A stretch of DNA of 64,000 nucleotides, from positions 5,627-69,626 of the forward strand of contig CALVYA010000001.1 of the NCBI GenBank assembly GCA_944371905.1, written 5' to 3'. A program made the position numbers and the translations under genes. Each line of letters starts with the position of its first letter. Position 1 is the first letter of the stretch. Shown here piece after piece: positions 47,974 through 55,563 of this stretch. This DNA comes from an uncultured Bacilli bacterium. GTDB taxonomy: Bacteria; Bacillota_I; Bacilli_A; RF39; UBA660. The notes beneath the pieces are model-generated. The model made no database searches and was not told where the DNA came from. It worked only from the letters and a program-made list of their open reading frames with translations.

Positions 47974-49731
47974 ATGGGGAATGGTTTTTTAACATGGTGT
48001 GCACTGGCTATAGCAATATTAATAAGTGTGGTTTTCTTTTCTAGAAAAGGAGTAAAAAACAATGAAACTACAATTTTTAAGTATATGTTGATAACCAATA
48101 TTATTGAATCTACCCTAACTAACCTAATTGTTTTAGTAGCACTTACTATAAATAGTAATGAGATATTAGTTTTATTAAATAGATTTGATGTAATTACTGT
48201 TATAACTTGGTGTAGTTTAATGTTTTTTTATATTTATAATGTTTCAAAAAAGAATAAAAACAAAAAATTAATATTAACATTTGTTCTCATTAATATTATT
48301 ATGTATTTATTAGCTTTAATCCTTGATGTTAATATTATTAATTCTAATGGAATTATGGATTCACAAGGGACATTAACTATTCTTGGACTAGTAGGAGCCA
48401 TATTCTATATAATAGCTATGGTTATAACAGTACTATTAAAAAATAATAATCAAAATAAATCTAAATATACGCCACTATATTTTCTTATAATATTAATTAT
48501 AGCGGTAGCAATATTAAGAGCGGTTATTCCAGAAATTAATTTTATTTCTTTAATGATTAGTTTTATTAATTTAATCATGATTTTTACTATTGAAAATCCT
48601 GATATCAAATTAGTGGAAGAACTAATAGAAAATAGAAAAATAATCGAAAGAAGTAGTGAAGAAAAATCTGCGTTTCTATTTAAGATATCTCAAGGAATAA
48701 GAGAACCAGTTCATAATATAGATAGAGAAATAGAAAGATATAAAAACAGTAGTAAAACTAAAAAGGATACAAATATAATTATAAATAACATATACAATAA
48801 TAATCGAAAAATTGATTATTTGATAAATGATGTTTTAGGTATTACTTCTTTTGATCGAAGTAATATTAAAAAGAGTGAAAGCACTTATAATATATATTCT
48901 TTATTGGAAGATATTAAAAGAAGAGGTAAGACTTATATAGAGGGAAAAATAGATTATAATTTTTCTGTAGTAGATAATATACCGACAGAATTATATGGAG
49001 ATAAAATAAAGATCAAACAAGTATTAATGTCGGTGATTATAAATGCAATAAAAAATACGAAAGAAGGATATGTTCATGTAGATGTAAGTTCATTTACCAA
49101 ATATGATGTGTGCCGTCTTGTAATAACTGTTGAAGATTCCGGATGTGGAATGGATATAGTGAAAATAAATAATATACTAGAGCAAGATCTAGAAATAACA
49201 GAAAAGGAGTATTTAAAAATACAAAGATTAGATGTAGATTTACCACTTTCCTATAAAATTATAAAATCTTTAGGTGGTACTATGTATATAAAAAGTGATA
49301 TAAATAAAGGAACAGAATTAATAATAACATTAGATCAATATATTGCTAATTATCTGAACAATAAAAATAGTGAATATTTACTAAATATAAAAAGAGTATT
49401 AATAGTGGATGATAACGATAGTGAAATAAGAAAAATAAAGACTAGCTTAGAGCATAAAGGATATGATGTGTCAGTATCTATGTATGGAGATGACTGTATA
49501 GAAAAAATATCTAATAGAGAATATTACGATATTATTTTAATCAATGATGAAATGTCTATTATGAATGGAATAGAAATAGTGGACAAACTAAATGCATTGA
49601 ATAACCAAAGTAAGAAAATAGTGTTATTAAACAAAGATAAATTATTTATAGCAGATCATTATTTAGAAGATGGTTTTGATGATTTTATAGATAAAACCAA
49701 TTTGCTTGAAGAATTGAATAACAAATTATAG
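47974..49731 (+). CDS. hybrid sensor kinase-like protein (polytopic membrane domain, degenerate HisKA, HATPase_c, C-terminal receiver domain)
   Basis: H-box-like FLFKISQGIREPVHNI in which the phospho-His is replaced by Gln. ATP-binding boxes (NAIKNT, DSGCGMD, GGTMYI). Receiver-like VLIVDDND...DIILINDEMSIMNG. Confidence 0.6.
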   Translation: MGNGFLTWCALAIAILISVVFFSRKGVKNNETTIFKYMLITNIIESTLTNLIVLVALTINSNEILVLLNRFDVITVITWCSLMFFYIYNVSKKNKNKKLILTFVLINIIMYLLALILDVNIINSNGIMDSQGTLTILGLVGAIFYIIAMVITVLLKNNNQNKSKYTPLYFLIILIIAVAILRAVIPEINFISLMISFINLIMIFTIENPDIKLVEELIENRKIIERSSEEKSAFLFKISQGIREPVHNIDREIERYKNSSKTKKDTNIIINNIYNNNRKIDYLINDVLGITSFDRSNIKKSESTYNIYSLLEDIKRRGKTYIEGKIDYNFSVVDNIPTELYGDKIKIKQVLMSVIINAIKNTKEGYVHVDVSSFTKYDVCRLVITVEDSGCGMDIVKINNILEQDLEITEKEYLKIQRLDVDLPLSYKIIKSLGGTMYIKSDINKGTELIITLDQYIANYLNNKNSEYLLNIKRVLIVDDNDSEIRKIKTSLEHKGYDVSVSMYGDDCIEKISNREYYDIILINDEMSIMNGIEIVDKLNALNNQSKKIVLLNKDKLFIADHYLEDGFDDFIDKTNLLEELNNKL

Positions 49732-49903
49732 ATTAACATGTAATTAAATCTAATCTCTTGCATATTTTATAGTAGTGTGCTACACTTAACTAGTGATTAG
49801 TTCACTGAACTTGTATTTTGGCTATATTCTCTCTTAATTTAAAAAAAAGATAAGAAAATGTCTAAAAGAACGTTCTAATTAGTTTGATTAAGGAGGGAAG
49901 AAG

Positions 49904-50083
49904 ATGGCTGAGTATAAAGATAAGACTATCAAATGTGTAGACTGCGGTACTGAATTTATATTTTCTGCAAGAGATCAAGAGTTCTATGCTGAAAAAGGTT
50001 TTACTAATGAACCAAAAAGATGTAAAGCTTGCCGTGATAAAAGAAAAGCAGAAAAAAGAAATTTAAATACTAATGCTAATTAA
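49904..50083 (+). CDS. small zinc-ribbon protein (59 aa, CxxC...CxxC), absent from the ORF track
   Basis: ATG preceded by SD AAGGAGGGAAG. Product MAEYKDKTIKCVDCGTEFIFSARDQEFYAEKGFTNEPKRCKACRDKRKAEKRNLNTNAN. Followed by a strong terminator. Confidence 0.6.
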   Translation: MAEYKDKTIKCVDCGTEFIFSARDQEFYAEKGFTNEPKRCKACRDKRKAEKRNLNTNAN

Positions 50084-50084
50084 G

Positions 50085-50110
50085 AAAGACTTTTAAGTCT
50101 TTTTTTTTCT
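50085..50110 (+). terminator. rho-independent terminator
   Basis: Stem aagact-ttta-agtctt followed by a T9 run. Confidence 0.7.
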
Positions 50111-50153
50111 TCATTTATAGCGTATAATATAAAAGAAACAGGTGGAAGGGAAG

Positions 50154-51587
50154 ATGTATATGAATGATAAGCAAGTAAAAGAGATTACAAGTCGTGATGA
50201 AGATTTTGGTAAATGGTATACAGATGTTTGCAGAAAGGCGGATTTAGTTGATTATTCTAACGTTAAAGGAAGTATGATCATAAGACCTTATGGATATGCT
50301 ATTTGGGAAAATATTCAAAAAGTATTAGATAAAAAGTTTAAAGATACCGGACACGAGAATATTCAAATGCCTATGTTTATACCAGAGAGTCTTTTAAATG
50401 TTGAAAAAGAACATGTGGAAGGATTTGCTCCAGAAGTAGCGTGGGTTACTTATGGTGGTAGTGAAAAACTAGATGAAAGAATGTGCGTGAGACCTACTAG
50501 TGAAGTTTTGTTTTGCGAACATTATAGTAAAATTATAAAGTCTTATCGTGATTTACCTAAATTGTATAATCAATGGTGTACTATTGTGAGATGGGAAAAA
50601 GAAACTAGGCCATTCTTAAGAAGTAGAGAAATATTGTGGCAAGAAGGTCATACTATGCATGCTACTAGTGAAGAAGCTAGGAAAGAGACTCTAAGAATGT
50701 TAGGTGTTTATGAAGATTTACAAAGAAATTATTTGGCCCTTCCAGTAATAGTGGGTAGAAAAACAGATAAAGAAAAATTTGCAGGAGCAGAAGAAACTTA
50801 TTCACTAGAGGCTATGATGTATAATGGAGTAGCATTACAAAATGGTACTAGTCATTATTTTGGCAATCACTTTGCTAAGGCTTTCAATATTACTTTTTTA
50901 AATAAAGAAAATAAGTTAGAAACCCCTTATCAAACTTCGTGGGGAGTCTCTACTAGAATGATAGGTTCTATTATTATGACTCATGGTGATGATAGAGGAT
51001 TAGTATTACCTCCTAAAATTGCTCCTATTCAAGTAATTATTATTCCTATAGGTAATAGTGATGAAATTATTAATTTGTCTAATGATATAAAAGAGAAATT
51101 AAATAATCAAAATATTTCTAATAAAATAGATAATAGTGATAAAACACCAGGATTTAGATTTGCTGAAGCAGAGGTCAAAGGATATCCGATTAGAATAGAA
51201 ATTGGTAAAAGGGACTTAGAAAACAAAGTTGTCACTCTAGTAAGACGTGATACTTTAGAAAAGATTCAAGTTGGAATCGATGAAGTAACTACAAGTGTTA
51301 TTAAGTTATTAGAACAAATTCAAGAGGATATGTATAATCGAGCTCTAAATAGACGTAATAGTATGATTTATGAAGCTAAGAATTATAAAGACATGACAGA
51401 AATTGCTAATAATAAACCGGGATTTATTAAGGTTAATTGGTGTGGTAATGTTTCTTGTGAAGATAAAATTAAAGAAGATTTAGGATTAAAATCTCGTTGT
51501 ATTATTGAAGAAGAAGAAGTAGATGGACCATGTGTATGTTGTGGAGAAAAGGCAACTACTAGAATTTATTTTGGAAAGCAGTATTAG
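50154..51587 (+). CDS. proS: prolyl-tRNA synthetase, archaeal/eukaryote-like (type II, no insertion/editing domain)
   Basis: About 480 aa. N-terminus DFGKWYTDVC...IIRPYGYAIWENIQ and a C-terminal zinc-binding CxxC..CxxC, typical of the archaeal-type ProRS common in Clostridia. The ATG at 50154 has better SD spacing than the track GTG at 50142. Confidence 0.9.
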   Translation: MYMNDKQVKEITSRDEDFGKWYTDVCRKADLVDYSNVKGSMIIRPYGYAIWENIQKVLDKKFKDTGHENIQMPMFIPESLLNVEKEHVEGFAPEVAWVTYGGSEKLDERMCVRPTSEVLFCEHYSKIIKSYRDLPKLYNQWCTIVRWEKETRPFLRSREILWQEGHTMHATSEEARKETLRMLGVYEDLQRNYLALPVIVGRKTDKEKFAGAEETYSLEAMMYNGVALQNGTSHYFGNHFAKAFNITFLNKENKLETPYQTSWGVSTRMIGSIIMTHGDDRGLVLPPKIAPIQVIIIPIGNSDEIINLSNDIKEKLNNQNISNKIDNSDKTPGFRFAEAEVKGYPIRIEIGKRDLENKVVTLVRRDTLEKIQVGIDEVTTSVIKLLEQIQEDMYNRALNRRNSMIYEAKNYKDMTEIANNKPGFIKVNWCGNVSCEDKIKEDLGLKSRCIIEEEEVDGPCVCCGEKATTRIYFGKQY

Positions 51588-51589
51588 AA

Positions 51590-51618
51590 AATAACCGAAA
51601 GGTTATTTTTTTTAATTA
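51590..51618 (+). terminator. rho-independent terminator of proS
   Basis: Stem aataacc-gaaa-ggttatt followed by a T8 run. Confidence 0.65.
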
Positions 51619-51646
51619 GTATGAAATTTATCTTTTTTCGACAAAA

Positions 51647-51662
51647 GTCGATTATCAATTTT
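51647..51662 (+). promoter_or_regulatory. Spo0A-box-like inverted pair TTCGACA-aaa-GTCGAT
   Basis: TTCGACA (51647..51653) and a partial inverted copy, about 30 nt upstream of the 51686 ATG. Confidence 0.35.
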
Positions 51663-51685
51663 TGTATGATCATACTGGTGATAAT

Positions 51686-52135
51686 ATGAATAAAAAATTT
51701 CTAGTATGGATTGGTATTGCTATTTTATCTGGATTAATTATGGGAAATATTTTTTATAGACAATATGAAAAAGAACAACATTTAGATAATGATTATAATT
51801 CATATTTATTACAACTAGGAGTATATGATTCTAAAGAGGAAATGGATATAGCACTAAAAAAAGTGGAAAACTATATGGTAGTAGAAAAAGATAATAAATT
51901 TTATGTTTATTTAGGAATTAGTACCAAAAAGAATAATGCGGAAAAAGTAGCAGATGTTTTTAGTAAAGAAGATATTGATGTTTCAATAAAAAAAACAGTG
52001 ATAGATGATATAGAGTTTATTAGCAACTTAGAACAATTTGATATATTACTAGATAATGCTTCTAGTAGTGAAGATATTAAATCTATCAATGAAGTAATAT
52101 TATCTAGTTATGAAGAAATGGTTTTAACTAATTAG
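51686..52135 (+). CDS. membrane-anchored SPOR-like domain protein
   Basis: MNKKF plus a TM helix. The C-terminal segment LQLGVYDSKEEMDIALKKV...KFYVYLGISTKKNNAEKV fits the SPOR repeat pattern. The track start is a TTG at 51662; the ATG at 51686 has SD GGTGA. Confidence 0.45.
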   Translation: MNKKFLVWIGIAILSGLIMGNIFYRQYEKEQHLDNDYNSYLLQLGVYDSKEEMDIALKKVENYMVVEKDNKFYVYLGISTKKNNAEKVADVFSKEDIDVSIKKTVIDDIEFISNLEQFDILLDNASSSEDIKSINEVILSSYEEMVLTN

Positions 52136-52177
52136 GAAATAGGTAGAAAAGAGATAATTATTTATTAGGTGGTTTAT

Positions 52178-52858
52178 ATGAACTATTTAATAAAAGATAT
52201 AAAAAAGGAAGAACGTCCAAGAGAACGATTCATTAGAGATGGTGTTGAATCATTATCTAATGAAGAACTATTGTCAATTATCCTAAAAACTGGTACTAAA
52301 GATAGATCTGTGAAAACTTTAGCAATGGATCTTTTAAATTCTATTGATAATATTAGTGAGTTAAAAAATATTACGGTTAATAAATTATTATCTATCAAAG
52401 GAATAGGAATGGTAAAAGCAATTGAAATTATTTCATCTATTGAACTTGGAAGAAGAATTTATATTGAGAAAAAAGTAATGAAGAAGAAGTTTACTAATTC
52501 CTATGACATATATTTAGAAAATAAATATTTATTTTTAGACAAAAAACAGGAATATTTTTATTGCTTATATTTAAATAATAAAAATGAACTTATAGAAAGG
52601 AGATTATTATTTATGGGAACAGTTAATAAAAGTGTAGTTCACCCGAGAGAAGTTTTTAAACATGCATATTTAACATCAGCATCTAGTATTGTATGCATGC
52701 ATAATCATCCCAGTGGTGATGTAACACCATCTAAAGATGATATTATGTTTACTAAAGCTTTAGTAGAAGTAGGAAGGATTCAAAGTATTCCAATAATAGA
52801 TCATATTATTGCAGGAAGCGATAATTATTACAGTTTTTCTGATAATGGAATAATATAG
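52178..52858 (+). CDS. radC: RadC-like JAB-domain protein (UPF0758)
   Basis: Helix-hairpin-helix N-terminus and JAMM-like MHNHPSGDVTPSKDD motif. ATG 52178 follows SD TAGGTGG. Confidence 0.85.
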   Translation: MNYLIKDIKKEERPRERFIRDGVESLSNEELLSIILKTGTKDRSVKTLAMDLLNSIDNISELKNITVNKLLSIKGIGMVKAIEIISSIELGRRIYIEKKVMKKKFTNSYDIYLENKYLFLDKKQEYFYCLYLNNKNELIERRLLFMGTVNKSVVHPREVFKHAYLTSASSIVCMHNHPSGDVTPSKDDIMFTKALVEVGRIQSIPIIDHIIAGSDNYYSFSDNGII

Positions 52859-52869
52859 GAGAAATAAAC

Positions 52870-53610
52870 ATGAAAAAAATAGATTTCAAATATCAATTTA
52901 TAATATTTATTATAAGTGGAGGAATACTTTTTTCCTTACTATTTTTTTCTATTAAATACAATTGGAATTACTCTTTTATTTTAAGAGATATTTTATATTT
53001 TCCTATTAATGTCATAGTTCCTGATAATGAACAAGATATAGTTTTAGAAGGAAGAGAGCTAGAACTTCAAAAAGAAGTGAATGAATTAAAAGAATTATTA
53101 GAAATAAATAATAGTTTAACCGACTTTACTTCTGTAAATGCCACGGTTGTTAATAGAAATACAGCTTATTGGAATAGCCAGATTACTATCAATAAAGGTA
53201 GTAATTCAAAAATAAAAGAAGGAATGGCAGTAATAGATGGTAATGGATTAGTTGGAAGAGTTGAAAAAGTTGGTTTTAATACATCGGTTGTTAAATTAAT
53301 TACTAATAATTCTAGTAATAATAAAATTTCAGTAAAAATATGGGCAAACGGGGAAGAAATTAATAAAGTACTTACTATTGATGAAGATAATAATATGATT
53401 ATTTCTGGAATTGATAATAGTTTTAAATTAGAAGAGGGAGCTTTAGTTACTACTAGTGGTTTAAGTGATATTTATCCTAGTGGAATTATTATTGGTTATG
53501 TAGATAAAGTAGAAAATGATAAATTTGGTATTAGTAAAAGAGCTTATATTAAACATAAAAGTAATTTAGACAACATCAGATTTGTATCTGTATTAATAAG
53601 GAGTTCCTAA
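52870..53610 (+). CDS. mreC: rod shape-determining protein MreC
   Basis: N-terminal TM, coiled coil (ELQKEVNELKELLE), beta-domain motifs (GMAVIDGNGLVGRVEKV). Position after radC as in Firmicutes. Confidence 0.8.
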   Translation: MKKIDFKYQFIIFIISGGILFSLLFFSIKYNWNYSFILRDILYFPINVIVPDNEQDIVLEGRELELQKEVNELKELLEINNSLTDFTSVNATVVNRNTAYWNSQITINKGSNSKIKEGMAVIDGNGLVGRVEKVGFNTSVVKLITNNSSNNKISVKIWANGEEINKVLTIDEDNNMIISGIDNSFKLEEGALVTTSGLSDIYPSGIIIGYVDKVENDKFGISKRAYIKHKSNLDNIRFVSVLIRSS

Positions 53611-54092
53611 TGAAAAAGTATATAATGTTTATAATTTCTATAATGATTGACGGACTGATACCAAATGTTACTTTATTTAATTATAATAATATTACTTATT
53701 TTAATCCGTTATGTACGGTTGTTAGCTTAGTTTTTTTATATAATGATAAAAAAGATTTTGTAAAATTGTGGCTCATGTCTAGTATTATATATGGTGCCTT
53801 ATATATTAATAATTTGTTTTTAAGTTTTATTATTTTCTTCATTGTTCTAATGACTATAAAGGGATTAAAAAAATTATTTAGCGATAATCTTATTATTAAT
53901 TTAATTCAAGTTATGTTAGTTATTTGTATATATGATTTTATATTTTTTAGCATTAATTCTTTAATTATTACTAATAAATTTATTTGGGAAGATTATTTTT
54001 ACAAAGTTTTTCATTCTATTATTTTAAATTTTATTTATGGAATCATCCTTTTCTTTGTTTTTCCTAAAAAAAGTTCTAAATTAAATTATTAG
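53610..54092 (+). CDS. mreD: rod shape-determining protein MreD (polytopic membrane)
   Basis: 160 aa, 4-5 TM helices. ATG overlaps the mreC stop (TAATG). Confidence 0.6.
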   Translation: MKKYIMFIISIMIDGLIPNVTLFNYNNITYFNPLCTVVSLVFLYNDKKDFVKLWLMSSIIYGALYINNLFLSFIIFFIVLMTIKGLKKLFSDNLIINLIQVMLVICIYDFIFFSINSLIITNKFIWEDYFYKVFHSIILNFIYGIILFFVFPKKSSKLNY

Positions 54093-54109
54093 TTAATAAT
54101 GTTTAATGG

Positions 54110-54721
54110 GTGATATTAGTGGAGGAATATAAAAGTTTAAGTAAATTTTATAATAAGAAAAATAATAGTAGTAATAAAAAGAATTATAAGTTTTTATATA
54201 AAGTTATTACTAAGATACTAATATGTTTGATTATTTTTGTTACTTTGTTAATTGTGGTAAAAGTAAAACCGGAATTAAAAGACAAAATATATGATTTTGT
54301 GTATGAAGATCAGTTTTCTTTCTCATATGTGAATAATTTATATAAAAAATACTTTGGAGATATTTTACCTTTTGAAAATATAGCACCAGAGGATGAAAAA
54401 GTTTTTAATGAGAAATTAGAGTACGATAATGCAAGTTTATATAAGGATGGAGTTGCTTTGGAAGTTAATAATAATTACTTAGTTCCAATTATTGAAAGTG
54501 GTATTGTGGTATTCATAGGTGAAAAAGAAAATTATGGTAATACTGTTATTGTACAACAAATAGATGGTATTGATGTTTGGTATGGTAATGTTAATATTTC
54601 TGATATAAAAATATATGATTATGTTCAAAAAGGCACTTTATTAGGTGAAGTATTAGATAATAATTTATATCTTGTATTTCAAAAAGAAGGGAAGTATTTA
54701 GATTATAAAGACTATATCTAA
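54110..54721 (+). CDS. SpoIVFA-like membrane protein with degenerate LytM/M23-like C-terminal domain
   Basis: Cytoplasmic N-terminus, one TM helix, C-terminal beta domain (VPIIESGIVVFIGEKENYGNTVIVQQIDGIDVWYGN) lacking catalytic His residues. Immediately upstream of the S2P protease. Confidence 0.5.
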   Translation: MILVEEYKSLSKFYNKKNNSSNKKNYKFLYKVITKILICLIIFVTLLIVVKVKPELKDKIYDFVYEDQFSFSYVNNLYKKYFGDILPFENIAPEDEKVFNEKLEYDNASLYKDGVALEVNNNYLVPIIESGIVVFIGEKENYGNTVIVQQIDGIDVWYGNVNISDIKIYDYVQKGTLLGEVLDNNLYLVFQKEGKYLDYKDYI

Positions 54722-55463
54722 AAATATTTATATTCATCCACTTTTTTGGACAATAATAATTATTAGTTTAGCGTCTGGTTTATTTAAAAATATTATTTTT
54801 TTTACTAGTATTATTTTCATTCATGAATTAGGCCATTTTTTAATGGCAAAAGTTTTAAATTGGAAGGTCGATAAAATATATTTTTATCCCTATGGAGGAT
54901 ATACTAAATTCAATGATGATTTAAATAGACCTAAGAAAGAAGAGTTACTAATAATGATAATGGGGCCCATTTTTCAAACTGTTTATTATTTATTAATATC
55001 TAATTTTTTAACAATAAATGAATTATCTTTGTTTAAGAATTATCATTATTCAATTCTTTTTTTTAATTTATTACCAATTTATCCACTAGATGGTGGTAAA
55101 CTTTTAAATATTATTATTAATTATTTTGTATCATTTAGAAAAAGTTTTCGCCTAACTATTTTGATTTCCTATATGTGTATTGTGGTAATTAGTTATTTTT
55201 TTATTTTCAAAAATATTAATGTTTCTTTAAGTTTATTTTTGATTGTTATTTTAATAATTTGTAAATTGACAAATGAGTTAAAAAAAGAACGATTTTATTT
55301 TAATAAATTTTTATTAGAACGACATTTAAATGATTATAAATTCCCGAAAATAAAGGTAATAAGTGATTTACAGTATATGTCAAGAGATTATAAACATGTT
55401 ATCTTTAGAAAAGGAAAAACAAGAAGTGAAAAAGAAGAATTATCCAATTACTTTCGACATTAA
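54702..55463 (+). CDS. spoIVFB: SpoIVFB-like site-2 (M50) intramembrane metalloprotease; N-terminal TM1 and HELGH motif lie upstream of the first ATG (non-canonical start or ATG-to-ATA change)
   Basis: The frame is open from the stop at 54699. The segment ..KNIYIHPLFWTIIIISLASGLF...FIHELGHFLMAKVL...YPYGGYTKFNDDLNRPKKEELLIMIMGP is colinear with recalled B. subtilis SpoIVFB (IHVHPFLW...HELGH...LPFGG...RPLKEEF..IAGP). The track ORF starts at ATG 54843, after HELGH. Candidate starts are ATT 54702 or ATA 54705, 11-14 nt after GAAGGGAAG. Confidence 0.65.
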   Translation: MIKTISKNIYIHPLFWTIIIISLASGLFKNIIFFTSIIFIHELGHFLMAKVLNWKVDKIYFYPYGGYTKFNDDLNRPKKEELLIMIMGPIFQTVYYLLISNFLTINELSLFKNYHYSILFFNLLPIYPLDGGKLLNIIINYFVSFRKSFRLTILISYMCIVVISYFFIFKNINVSLSLFLIVILIICKLTNELKKERFYFNKFLLERHLNDYKFPKIKVISDLQYMSRDYKHVIFRKGKTRSEKEELSNYFRH

Positions 55464-55563
55464 AATACATTTTTTGTAAAGTTTGTGTAAAGTGTATTGA
55501 CTTATAAATAAGACGTTGCTAGAATGAAATTACAGTAATGATAATAGTCGAGGGGGAAGTACT

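Noticed and set aside
46825-48098. Short minus-strand ORFs at 46825..47025 and 47844..48098
   Set aside because: They overlap gene ends and intergenic regions antisense to supported + strand genes, with no RBS or motif.
49732-50141. Looked for a T-box leader upstream of proS, as found for ileS and serS
   Set aside because: No GGGTGGNACCGCG-like sequence or terminator/antiterminator pair. The region instead holds a small zinc-ribbon gene and its terminator.
51907-52398. Minus-strand ORFs inside the SPOR-like and radC genes
   Set aside because: Embedded antisense ORFs.
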